Shown here piece by piece: positions 42,101 through 56,048 of a stretch of DNA of 64,000 bases. The notes beneath the pieces are model-generated. The model did no database searches. It saw only the letters and a program-made list of their open reading frames with translations, and was not told where the DNA came from. Within the stretch, counting starts at the first letter, position 1. Each line of letters starts with the position of its first letter. The DNA comes from Auanema rhodensis (taxonomy: Eukaryota; Animalia; Nematoda): contig OZ059894.1 in assembly GCA_964057225.1 (NCBI GenBank), forward strand, positions 24,665,151 through 24,729,150. The letters are read 5' to 3'. A program made the position numbers and the translations under genes.

Positions 42101-45100
42101 CCATGTCCATATTAGTCTAAAAACAAATTTTTATTGATATTGGTGCATGGTAACCATGACTTTGAAATTTACGTGAACTTTAATTTATGCTAATTAAATG
42201 TACACGTGATGTACACTTGGTATGTAACTCGCTTCACGTGAAAGATAAAGAGATGCGGTTTTCAAAATTAGATTCCCCATGTCCATATTAGTCTAAAAAC
42301 AAATTTTTATTGATATTGGTTCATGGTAACCATGACTTTGAAATTTACGTGAACTTTAATTTATGCTAATTAAATGTACACGTGATGTGCACTTGGTATG
42401 TAACTCGCTTCACGTGAAAGATAAAGAGATGCGGTTTTCAAAATTAGATTCCCCATGTCCATATTAGTCTAAAAACAAATTTTTATTGATATTGGTGCAT
42501 GGTAACCATGACTTTGAATTTTACGTGAACTTTAATTTATGCTAATTAAATGTACACGTGATGTGCACTTGGTATGTAACTCGCTTCACGTGAAAGATAA
42601 AGAGATGCGGTTTTCAAAATTAGATTCCCCATGTCCATATTAGTCTAAAAACAAATTTTTATTGATATTGGTTCATGGTAACCATGACTTTGAAATTTAC
42701 GTGAACTTTAATTTATGCTAATTAAATGTACACGTGATGTGCACTTGGTATGTAACTCGCTTCACGTGAAAGATAAAGAGATGCGGTTTTCAAAATTAGA
42801 TTTCCCATGTCCATATTAGTCTAAAAACAAATTTTTATTGATATTGCTTCATGGTAACCATGACTTTGAAATTTACGTGAACTTTAATTTATGCTAATTA
42901 AATGTACACGTGATGTGCACTTGGTATGTAACTCGCTTCACGTGAAAGATAAAGAGATGCGGTTTTCAAAATTAGATTCCCCATGTCCATATTAGTCTAA
43001 AAACAAATTTTTATTGATATTGGTGCATGGTAACCATGACTTTGAAATTTACGTGAACTTTAATTTATGCTAATTAAATGTACACGTGATGTGCACTTGG
43101 TATGTAACTCGCTTCACGTGAAAGATAAAGAGATGCGGTTTTCAAAATTAGATTCCCCATGTCCATATTAGTCTAAAAACAAATTTTTATTGATATTGCT
43201 TCATGGTAACCATGACTTTGAAATTTACGTGAACTTTAATTTATGCTAATTAAATGTACACGTGATGTGCACTTGGTATGTAACTCGCTTCACGTGAAAG
43301 ATAAAGAGATGCGGTTTTCAAAATTAGATTCCCCATGTCCATATTAGTCTAAAAACAAATTTTTATTGATATTGGTTCATGGTAACCATGACTTTGAAAT
43401 TTACGTGAACTTTAATTTATGCTAATTAAATGTACACGTGATGTGCACTTGGTATGTAACTCGCTTCACGTGAAAGATAAAGAGATGCGGTTTTCAAAAT
43501 TAGATTCCCCATGTCCATATTAGTCTAAAAACAAATTTTTATTGATATTGGTGCATGGTAACCATGACTTTGAATTTTACGTGAACTTTAATTTATGCTA
43601 ATTAAATGTACACGTGATGTGCACTTGGTATGTAACTCGCTTCACGTGAAAGATAAAGAGATGCGGTTTTCAAAATTAGATTCCCCATGTCCATATTAGT
43701 CTAAAAACAAATTTTTATTGATATTGGTTCATGGTAACCATGACTTTGAAATTTACGTGAACTTTAATTTATGCTAATTAAATGTACACGTGATGTGCAC
43801 TTGGTATGTAACTCGCTTCACGTGAAAGATAAAGAGATGCGGTTTTCAAAATTAGATTCCCCATGTCCATATTAGTCTAAAAACAAATTTTTATTGATAT
43901 TGCTTCATGGTAACCATGACTTTGAAATTTACGTGAACTTTAATTTATGCTAATTAAATGTACACGTGATGTGCACTTGGTATGTAACTCGCTTCACGTG
44001 AAAGATAAAGAGATGCGGTTTTCAAAATTAGATTCCCCATGTCCATATTAGTCTAAAAACAAATTTTTATTGATATTGGTTCATGGTAACCATGACTTTG
44101 AAATTTACGTGAACTTTAATTTATGCTAATTAAATGTACACGTGATGTGCACTTGGTATGTAACTCGCTTCACGTGAAAGATAAAGAGATGCGGTATTCT
44201 AAATTAGATTCCCCATGTCCATATTAGTCTAAAAACAAATTTTTATTGATATTGGTGCATGGTAACCATGACTTTGAAATTTACGTGAACTTTAATTTAT
44301 GCTAATTAAATGTACACGTGATGTGCACTTGGTATGTAACTCGCTTCACGTGAAAGATAAAGAGATGCGGTTTTCAAAATTAGATTCCCCATGTCCATAT
44401 TAGTCTAAAAACAAATTTTTATTGATATTGCTTCATGGTAACCATGACTTTGAAATTTACGTGAACTTTAATTTATGCTAATTAAATGTACACGTGATGT
44501 GCACTTGGTATGTAACTCGCTTCACGTGAAAGATAAAGAGATGCGGTTTTCAAAATTAGATTCCCCATGTCCATATTAGTCTAAAAACAAATTTTTATTG
44601 ATATTGGTTCATGGTAACCATGACTTTGAAATTTACGTGAACTTTAATTTATGCTAATTAAATGTACACGTGATGTGCACTTGGTATGTAACTCGCTTCA
44701 CGTGAAAGATAAAGAGATGCGGTTTTCAAAATTAGATTCCCCATGTCCATATTAGTCTAAAAACAAATTTTTATTGATATTGCTTCATGGTAACCATGAC
44801 TTTGAAATTTACGTGAACTTTAATTTATGCTAATTAAATGTACACGTGATGTGCACTTGGTATGTAACTCGCTTCACGTGAAAGATAAAGAGATGCGGTT
44901 TTCAAAATTAGATTCCCCATGTCCATATTAGTCTAAAAACAAATTTTTATTGATATTGGTTCATGGTAACCATGACTTTGAAATTTACGTGAACTTTAAT
45001 TTATGCTAATTAAATGTACACGTGATGTGCACTTGGTATGTAACTCGCTTCACGTGAAAGATAAAGAGATGCGGTTTTCAAAATTAGATTCCCCATGTCC

Positions 45101-48100
45101 ATATTAGTCTAAAAACAAATTTTTATTGATATTGCTTCATGGTAACCATGACTTTGAAATTTACGTGAACTTTAATTTATGCTAATTAAATGTACACGTG
45201 ATGTGCACTTGGTATGTAACTCGCTTCACGTGAAAGATAAAGAGATGCGGTTTTCAAAATTAGATTCCCCATGTCCATATTAGTCTAAAAACAAATTTTT
45301 ATTGATATTGGTTCATGGTAACCATGACTTTGAAATTTACGTGAACTTTAATTTATGCTAATTAAATGTACACGTGATGTGCACTTGGTATGTAACTCGC
45401 TTCACGTGAAAGATAAAGAGATGCGGTATTCTAAATTAGATTCCCCATGTCCATATTAGTCTAAAAACAAATTTTTATTGATATTGGTGCATGGTAACCA
45501 TGACTTTGAAATTTACGTGAACTTTAATTTATGCTAATTAAATGTACACGTGATGTGCACTTGGTATGTAACTCGCTTCACGTGAAAGATAAAGAGATGC
45601 GGTTTTCAAAATTAGATTCCCCATGTCCATATTAGTCTAAAAACAAATTTTTATTGATATTGCTTCATGGTAACCATGACTTTGAAATTTACGTGAACTT
45701 TAATTTATGCTAATTAAATGTACACGTGATGTGCACTTGGTATGTAACTCGCTTCACGTGAAAGATAAAGAGATGCGGTTTTCAAAATTAGATTCCCCAT
45801 GTCCATATTAGTCTAAAAACAAATTTTTATTGATATTGGTGCATGGTAACCATGACTTTGAAATTTACGTGAACTTTAATTTATGCTAATTAAATGTACA
45901 CGTGATGTGCACTTGGTATGTAACTCGCTTCACGTGAAAGATAAAGAGATGCGGTTTTCAAAATTAGATTCCCCATGTCCATATTAGTCTAAAAACAAAT
46001 TTTTATTGATATTGGTTCATGGTAACCATGACTTTGAAATTTACGTGAACTTTAATTTATGCTAATTAAATGTACACGTGATGTGCACTTGGTATGTAAC
46101 TCGCTTCACGTGAAAGATAAAGAGATGCGGTTTTCAAAATTAGATTCCCCATGTCCATATTAGTCTAAAAACAAATTTTTATTGATATTGCTTCATGGTA
46201 ACCATGACTTTGAAATTTACGTGAACTTTAATTTATGCTAATTAAATGTACACGTGATGTGCACTTGGTATGTAACTCGCTTCACGTGAAAGATAAAGAG
46301 ATGCGGTTTTCAAAATTAGATTCCCCATGTCCATATTAGTCTAAAAACAAATTTTTATTGATATTGGTTCATGGTAACCATGACTTTGAAATTTACGTGA
46401 ACTTTAATTTATGCTAATTAAATGTACACGTGATGTGCACTTGGTATGTAACTCGCTTCACGTGAAAGATAAAGAGATGCGGTTTTCAAAATTAGATTCC
46501 CCATGTCCATATTAGTCTAAAAACAAATTTTTATTGATATTGCTTCATGGTAACCATGACTTTGAAATTTACGTGAACTTTAATTTATGCTAATTAAATG
46601 TACACGTGATGTGCACTTGGTATGTAACTCGCTTCACGTGAAAGATAAAGAGATGCGGTTTTCAAAATTAGATTCCCCATGTCCATATTAGTCTAAAAAC
46701 AAATTTTTATTGATATTGGTTCGTGGTAACCATGACTTTGAAATTTACGTGAACTTTAATTTATGCTAATTAAATGTACACGTGATGTGCACTTGGTATG
46801 TAACTCGCTTCACGTGAAAGATAAAGAGATGCGGTTTTCAAAATTAGATTCCCCATGTCCATATTAGTCTAAAAACAAATTTTTATTGATATTGCTTCAT
46901 GGTAACCATGACTTTGAAATTTACGTGAACTTTAATTTATGCTAATTAAATGTACACGTGATGTGCACTTGGTATGTAACTCGCTTCACGTGAAAGATAA
47001 AGAGATGCGGTTTTCAAAATTAGATTCCCCATGTCCATATTAGTCTAAAAACAAATTTTTATTGATATTGGTTCATGGTAACCATGACTTTGAAATTTAC
47101 GTGAACTTTAATTTATGCTAATTAAATGTACACGTGATGTGCACTTGGTATGTAACTCGCTTCACGTGAAAGATAAAGAGATGCGGTTTTCAAAATTAGA
47201 TTCCCCATGTCCATATTAGTCTAAAAACAAATTTTTATTGATATTGCTTCATGGTAACCATGACTTTGAAATTTACGTGAACTTTAATTTATGCTAATTA
47301 AATGTACACGTGATGTGCACTTGGTATGTAACTCGCTTCACGTGAAAGATAAAGAGATGCGGTTTTCAAAATTAGATTCCCCATGTCCATATTAGTCTAA
47401 AAACAAATTTTTATTGATATTGGTTCATGGTAACCATGACTTTGAAATTTACGTGAACTTTAATTTATGCTAATTAAATGTACACGTGATGTGCACTTGG
47501 TATGTAACTCGCTTCACGTGAAAGATAAAGAGATGCGGTATTCTAAATTAGATTCCCCATGTCCATATTAGTCTAAAAACAAATTTTTATTGATATTGGT
47601 GCATGGTAACCATGACTTTGAAATTTACGTGAACTTTAATTTATGCTAATTAAATGTACACGTGATGTGCACTTGGTATGTAACTCGCTTCACGTGAAAG
47701 ATAAAGAGATGCGGTTTTCAAAATTAGATTCCCCATGTCCATATTAGTCTAAAAACAAATTTTTATTGATATTGCTTCATGGTAACCATGACTTTGAAAT
47801 TTACGTGAACTTTAATTTATGCTAATTAAATGTACACGTGATGTGCACTTGGTATGTAACTCGCTTCACGTGAAAGATAAAGAGATGCGGTTTTCAAAAT
47901 TAGATTCCCCATGTCCATATTAGTCTAAAAACAAATTTTTATTGATATTGGTGCATGGTAACCATGACTTTGAAATTTACGTGAACTTTAATTTATGCTA
48001 ATTAAATGTACACGTGATGTGCACTTGGTATGTAACTCGCTTCACGTGAAAGATAAAGAGATGCGGTTTTCAAAATTAGATTCCCCATGTCCATATTAGT

Positions 48101-51100
48101 CTAAAAACAAATTTTTATTGATATTGGTTCATGGTAACCATGACTTTGAAATTTACGTGAACTTTAATTTATGCTAATTAAATGTACACGTGATGTGCAC
48201 TTGGTATGTAACTCGCTTCACGTGAAAGATAAAGAGATGCGGTTTTCAAAATTAGATTCCCCATGTCCATATTAGTCTAAAAACAAATTTTTATTGATAT
48301 TGCTTCATGGTAACCATGACTTTGAAATTTACGTGAACTTTAATTTATGCTAATTAAATGTACACGTGATGTGCACTTGGTATGTAACTCGCTTCACGTG
48401 AAAGATAAAGAGATGCGGTTTTCAAAATTAGATTCCCCATGTCCATATTAGTCTAAAAACAAATTTTTATTGATATTGGTTCATGGTAACCATGACTTTG
48501 AAATTTACGTGAACTTTAATTTATGCTAATTAAATGTACACGTGATGTGCACTTGGTATGTAACTCGCTTCACGTGAAAGATAAAGAGATGCGGTTTTCA
48601 AAATTAGATTCCCCATGTCCATATTAGTCTAAAAACAAATTTTTATTGATATTGCTTCATGGTAACCATGACTTTGAAATTTACGTGAACTTTAATTTAT
48701 GCTAATTAAATGTACACGTGATGTGCACTTGGTATGTAACTCGCTTCACGTGAAAGATAAAGAGATGCGGTTTTCAAAATTAGATTCCCCATGTCCATAT
48801 TAGTCTAAAAACAAATTTTTATTGATATTGGTTCATGGTAACCATGACTTTGAAATTTACGTGAACTTTAATTTATGCTAATTAAATGTACACGTGATGT
48901 GCACTTGGTATGTAACTCGCTTCACGTGAAAGATAAAGAGATGCGGTATTCTAAATTAGATTCCCCATGTCCATATTAGTCTAAAAACAAATTTTTATTG
49001 ATATTGGTGCATGGTAACCATGACTTTGAAATTTACGTGAACTTTAATTTATGCTAATTAAATGTACACGTGATGTGCACTTGGTATGTAACTCGCTTCA
49101 CGTGAAAGATAAAGAGATGCGGTTTTCAAAATTAGATTCCCCATGTCCATATTAGTCTAAAAACAAATTTTTATTGATATTGCTTCATGGTAACCATGAC
49201 TTTGAAATTTACGTGAACTTTAATTTATGCTAATTAAATGTACACGTGATGTGCACTTGGTATGTAACTCGCTTCACGTGAAAGATAAAGAGATGCGGTT
49301 TTCAAAATTAGATTCCCCATGTCCATATTAGTCTAAAAACAAATTTTTATTGATATTGGTGCATGGTAACCATGACTTTGAAATTTACGTGAACTTTAAT
49401 TTATGCTAATTAAATGTACACGTGATGTGCACTTGGTATGTAACTCGCTTCACGTGAAAGATAAAGAGATGCGGTTTTCAAAATTAGATTCCCCATGTCC
49501 ATATTAGTCTAAAAACAAATTTTTATTGATATTGGTGCATGGTAACCATGACTTTGAAATTTACGTGAACTTTAATTTATGCTAATTAAATGTACACGTG
49601 ATGTGCACTTGGTATGTAACTCGCTTCACGTGAAAGATAAAGAGATGCGGTTTTCAAAATTAGATTCCCCATGTCCATATTAGTCTAAAAACAAATTTTT
49701 ATTGATATTGGTGCATGGTAACCATGACTTTGAAATTTACGTGAACTTTAATTTATGCTAATTAAATGTACACGTGATGTACACTTGGTATGTAACTCGC
49801 TTCACGTGAAAGATAAAGAGATGCGGTTTTCAAAATTAGATTCCCCATGTCCATATTAGTCTAAAAACAAATTTTTATTGATATTGGTTCATGGTAACCA
49901 TGACTTTGAAATTTACGTGAACTTTAATTTATGCTAATTAAATGTACACGTGATGTGCACTTGGTATGTAACTCGCTTCACGTGAAAGATAAAGAGATGC
50001 GGTTTTCAAAATTAGATTCCCCATGTCCATATTAGTCTAAAAACAAATTTTTATTGATATTGGTGCATGGTAACCATGACTTTGAATTTTACGTGAACTT
50101 TAATTTATGCTAATTAAATGTACACGTGATGTGCACTTGGTATGTAACTCGCTTCACGTGAAAGATAAAGAGATGCGGTTTTCAAAATTAGATTCCCCAT
50201 GTCCATATTAGTCTAAAAACAAATTTTTATTGATATTGGTTCATGGTAACCATGACTTTGAAATTTACGTGAACTTTAATTTATGCTAATTAAATGTACA
50301 CGTGATGTGCACTTGGTATGTAACTCGCTTCACGTGAAAGATAAAGAGATGCGGTTTTCAAAATTAGATTCCCCATGTCCATATTAGTCTAAAAACAAAT
50401 TTTTATTGATATTGCTTCATGGTAACCATGACTTTGAAATTTACGTGAACTTTAATTTATGCTAATTAAATGTACACGTGATGTGCACTTGGTATGTAAC
50501 TCGCTTCACGTGAAAGATAAAGAGATGCGGTTTTCAAAATTAGATTCCCCATGTCCATATTAGTCTAAAAACAAATTTTTATTGATATTGGTTCATGGTA
50601 ACCATGACTTTGAAATTTACGTGAACTTTAATTTATGCTAATTAAATGTACACGTGATATGCACTTGGTATGTAACTCGCTTCACGTGAAAGATAAAGAG
50701 ATGCGGTATTCTAAATTAGATTCCCCATGTCCATATTAGTCTAAAAACAAATTTTTATTGATATTGGTGCATGGTAACCATGACTTTGAAATTTACGTGA
50801 ACTTTAATTTATGCTAATTAAATGTACACGTGATGTGCACTTGGTATGTAACTCGCTTCACGTGAAAGATAAAGAGATGCGGTTTTCAAAATTAGATTCC
50901 CCATGTCCATATTAGTCTAAAAACAAATTTTTATTGATATTGCTTCATGGTAACCATGACTTTGAAATTTACGTGAACTTTAATTTATGCTAATTAAATG
51001 TACACGTGATGTGCACTTGGTATGTAACTCGCTTCACGTGAAAGATAAAGAGATGCGGTTTTCAAAATTAGATTCCCCATGTCCATATTAGTCTAAAAAC

Positions 51101-51472
51101 AAATTTTTATTGATATTGGTGCATGGTAACCATGCCTTTGAAATTTACGTGAACTTTAATTTATGCTAATTAAATGTACACGTGATGTGCACTTGGTATG
51201 TAACTCGCTTCACGTGAAAGATAAAGAGATGCGGTTTTCAAAATTAGATTCCCCATGTCCATATTAGTCTAAAAACAAATTTTTATTGATATTGGTGCAT
51301 GGTAACCATGACTTTGAAATTTACGTGAACTTTAATTTATGCTAATTAAATGTACACGTGATGTGCACTTGGTATGTAACTCGCTTCACGTGAAAGATAA
51401 AGAGATGCGGTTTTCAAAATTAGATTCCCCATGTCCATATTAGTCTAAAAACAAATTTTTATTGATATTGGT

Positions 51473-54400
51473 GCATGGTAACCATGACTTTGAAATTTAC
51501 GTGAACTTTAATTTATGCTAATTAAATGTACACGTGATGTACACTTGGTATGTAACTCGCTTCACGTGAAAGATAAAGAGATGCGGTTTTCAAAATTAGA
51601 TTCCCCATGTCCATATTAGTCTAAAAACAAATTTTTATTGATATTGGTTCATGGTAACCATGACTTTGAAATTTACGTGAACTTTAATTTATGCTAATTA
51701 AATGTACACGTGATGTGCACTTGGTATGTAACTCGCTTCACGTGAAAGATAAAGAGATGCGGTTTTCAAAATTAGATTCCCCATGTCCATATTAGTCTAA
51801 AAACAAATTTTTATTGATATTGGTGCATGGTAACCATGACTTTGAATTTTAAGTGAACTTTAATTTATGCTAATTAAATGTACACGTGATGTGCACTTGG
51901 TATGTAACTCGCTTCACGTGAAAGATAAAGAGATGCGGTTTTCAAAATTAGATTCCCCATGTCCATATTAGTCTAAAAACAAATTTTTATTGATATTGGT
52001 TCATGGTAACCATGACTTTGAAATTTACGTGAACTTTAATTTATGCTAATTAAATGTACACGTGATGTGCACTTGGTATGTAACTCGCTTCACGTGAAAG
52101 ATAAAGAGATGCGGTTTTCAAAATTAGATTTCCCATGTCCATATTAGTCTAAAAACAAATTTTTATTGATATTGCTTCATGGTAACCATGACTTTGAAAT
52201 TTACGTGAACTTTAATTTATGCTAATTAAATGTACACGTGATGTGCACTTGGTATGTAACTCGCTTCACGTGAAAGATAAAGAGATGCGGTTTTCAAAAT
52301 TAGATTCCCCATTTCCATATTAGTCTAAAAACAAATTTTTATTGATATTGGTTCATGGTAACCATGACTTTGAAATTTACGTGAACTTTAATTTATGCTA
52401 ATTAAATGTACACGTGATGTGCACTTGGTATGTAACTCGCTTCACGTGAAAGATAAAGAGATGCGGTTTTCAAAATTAGATTCCCCATGTCCATATTAGT
52501 CTAAAAACAAATTTTTATTGATATTGCTTCATGGTAACCATGACTTTGAAATTTACGTGAACTTTAATTTATGCTAATTAAATGTACACGTGATGTGCAC
52601 TTGGTATGTAACTCGCTTCACGTGAAAGATAAAGAGATGCGGTTTTCAAAATTAGATTCCCCATGTCCATATTAGTCTAAAAACAAATTTTTATTGATAT
52701 TGGTTCATGGTAACCATGACTTTGAAATTTACGTGAACTTTAATTTATGCTAATTAAATGTACACGTGATGTGCACTTGGTATGTAACTCGCTTCACGTG
52801 AAAGATAAAGAGATGCGGTATTCTAAATTAGATTCCCCATGTCCATATTAGTCTAAAAACAAATTTTTATTGATATTGCTTCATGGTAACCATGACTTTG
52901 AAATTTACGTGAACTTTAATTTATGCTAATTAAATGTACACGTGATGTGCACTTGGTATGTAACTCGCTTCACGTGAAAGATAAAGAGATGCGGTTTTCA
53001 AAATTAGATTCCCCATTTCCATATTAGTCTAAAAACAAATTTTTATTGATATTGGTTCATGGTAACCATGACTTTGAAATTTACGTGAACTTTAATTTAT
53101 GCTAATTAAATGTACACGTGATGTGCACTTGGTATGTAACTCGCTTCACGTGAAAGATAAAGAGATGCGGTTTTCAAAATTAGATTCCCCATGTCCATAT
53201 TAGTCTAAAAACAAATTTTTATTGATATTGCTTCATGGTAACCATGACTTTGAAATTTACGTGAACTTTAATTTATGCTAATTAAATGTACACGTGATGT
53301 GCACTTGGTATGTAACTCGCTTCACGTGAAAGATAAAGAGATGCGGTTTTCAAAATTAGATTCCCCATGTCCATATTAGTCTAAAAACAAATTTTTATTG
53401 ATATTGGTTCATGGTAACCATGACTTTGAAATTTACGTGAACTTTAATTTATGCTAATTAAATGTACACGTGATGTGCACTTGGTATGTAACTCGCTTCA
53501 CGTGAAAGATAAAGAGATGCGGAATTCTAAATTAGATTCCCCATGTCCATATTAGTCTAAAAACAAATTTTTATTGATATTGGTGCATGGTAACCATGAC
53601 TTTGAAATTTACGTGAACTTTAATTTATGCTAATTAAATGTACACGTGATGTGCACTTGGTATGTAACTCGCTTCACGTGAAAGATAAAGAGATGCGGTT
53701 TTCAAAATTAGATTCCCCATGTCCATATTAGTCTAAAAACAAATTTTTATTGATATTGGTGCATGGTAACCATGACTTTGAAATTTACGTGAACTTTAAT
53801 TTATGCTAATTAAATGTACACGTGATGTACACTTGGTATGTAACTCGCTTCACGTGAAAGATAAAGAGATGCGGTTTTCAAAATTAGATTCCCCATGTCC
53901 ATATTAGTCTAAAAACAAATTTTTATTGATATTGGTTCATGGTAACCATGACTTTGAAATTTACGTGAACTTTAATTTATGCTAATTAAATGTACACGTG
54001 ATGTGCACTTGGTATGTAACTCGCTTCACGTGAAAGATAAAGAGATGCGGTTTTCAAAATTAGATTCCCCATGTCCATATTAGTCTAAAAACAAATTTTT
54101 ATTGATATTGGTGCATGGTAACCATGACTTTGAATTTTACGTGAACTTTAATTTATGCTAATTAAATGTACACGTGATGTGCACTTGGTATGTAACTCGC
54201 TTCACGTGAAAGATAAAGAGATGCGGTTTTCAAAATTAGATTCCCCATGTCCATATTAGTCTAAAAACAAATTTTTATTGATATTGGTTCATGGTAACCA
54301 TGACTTTGAAATTTACGTGAACTTTAATTTATGCTAATTAAATGTACACGTGATGTGCACTTGGTATGTAACTCGCTTCACGTGAAAGATAAAGAGATGC

Positions 54401-56048
54401 GGTTTTCAAAATTAGATTTCCCATGTCCATATTAGTCTAAAAACAAATTTTTATTGATATTGCTTCATGGTAACCATGACTTTGAAATTTACGTGAACTT
54501 TAATTTATGCTAATTAAATGTACACGTGATGTGCACTTGGTATGTAACTCGCTTCACGTGAAAGATAAAGAGATGCGGTTTTCAAAATTAGATTCCCCAT
54601 TTCCATATTAGTCTAAAAACAAATTTTTATTGATATTGGTTCATGGTAACCATGACTTTGAAATTTACGTGAACTTTAATTTATGCTAATTAAATGTACA
54701 CGTGATGTGCACTTGGTATGTAACTCGCTTCACGTGAAAGATAAAGAGATGCGGTTTTCAAAATTAGATTCCCCATGTCCATATTAGTCTAAAAACAAAT
54801 TTTTATTGATATTGCTTCATGGTAACCATGACTTTGAAATTTACGTGAACTTTAATTTATGCTAATTAAATGTACACGTGATGTGCACTTGGTATGTAAC
54901 TCGCTTCACGTGAAAGATAAAGAGATGCGGTTTTCAAAATTAGATTCCCCATGTCCATATTAGTCTAAAAACAAATTTTTATTGATATTGGTTCATGGTA
55001 ACCATGACTTTGAAATTTACGTGAACTTTAATTTATGCTAATTAAATGTACACGTGATGTGCACTTGGTATGTAACTCGCTTCACGTGAAAGATAAAGAG
55101 ATGCGGTATTCTAAATTAGATTCCCCATGTCCATATTAGTCTAAAAACAAATTTTTATTGATATTGCTTCATGGTAACCATGACTTTGAAATTTACGTGA
55201 ACTTTAATTTATGCTAATTAAATGTACACGTGATGTGCACTTGGTATGTAACTCGCTTCACGTGAAAGATAAAGAGATGCGGTTTTCAAAATTAGATTCC
55301 CCATTTCCATATTAGTCTAAAAACAAATTTTTATTGATATTGGTTCATGGTAACCATGACTTTGAAATTTACGTGAACTTTAATTTATGCTAATTAAATG
55401 TACACGTGATGTGCACTTGGTATGTAACTCGCTTCACGTGAAAGATAAAGAGATGCGGTTTTCAAAATTAGATTCCCCATGTCCATATTAGTCTAAAAAC
55501 AAATTTTTATTGATATTGCTTCATGGTAACCATGACTTTGAAATTTACGTGAACTTTAATTTATGCTAATTAAATGTACACGTGATGTGCACTTGGTATG
55601 TAACTCGCTTCACGTGAAAGATAAAGAGATGCGGTTTTCAAAATTAGATTCCCCATGTCCATATTAGTCTAAAAACAAATTTTTATTGATATTGGTTCAT
55701 GGTAACCATGACTTTGAAATTTACGTGAACTTTAATTTATGCTAATTAAATGTACACGTGATGTGCACTTGGTATGTAACTCGCTTCACGTGAAAGATAA
55801 AGAGATGCGGTATTCTAAATTAGATTCCACATGTCCATATTAGTCTAAAAACAAATTTTTATTGATATTGGTGCATGGTAACCATGACTTTGAAATTTAC
55901 GTGAACTTTAATTTATGCTAATTAAATGTACACGTGATGTGCACTTGGTATGTAACTCGCTTCACGTGAAAGATAAAGAGATGCGGTTTTCAAAATTAGA
56001 TTCCCCATGTCCATATTAGTCTAAAAACAAATTTTTATTGATATTGCT
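51473..56048. repeat. Two tandem copies of a 13-monomer (2288-bp) higher-order unit
   Basis: Marker monomers pair at a +2288 offset: 51473/53761, 51825/54113, 52001/54289, 52177/54465, 52705/54993, 52881/55169 and 53409/55697. Confidence 0.88.

Noticed and set aside
53521-53528. Singleton EcoRI site (GGAATTCT), and similarly the SphI site at 13049, as cloning or engineering scars
   Set aside because: Each arises from one substitution or a 4-bp duplication of the native repeat, with no foreign sequence.
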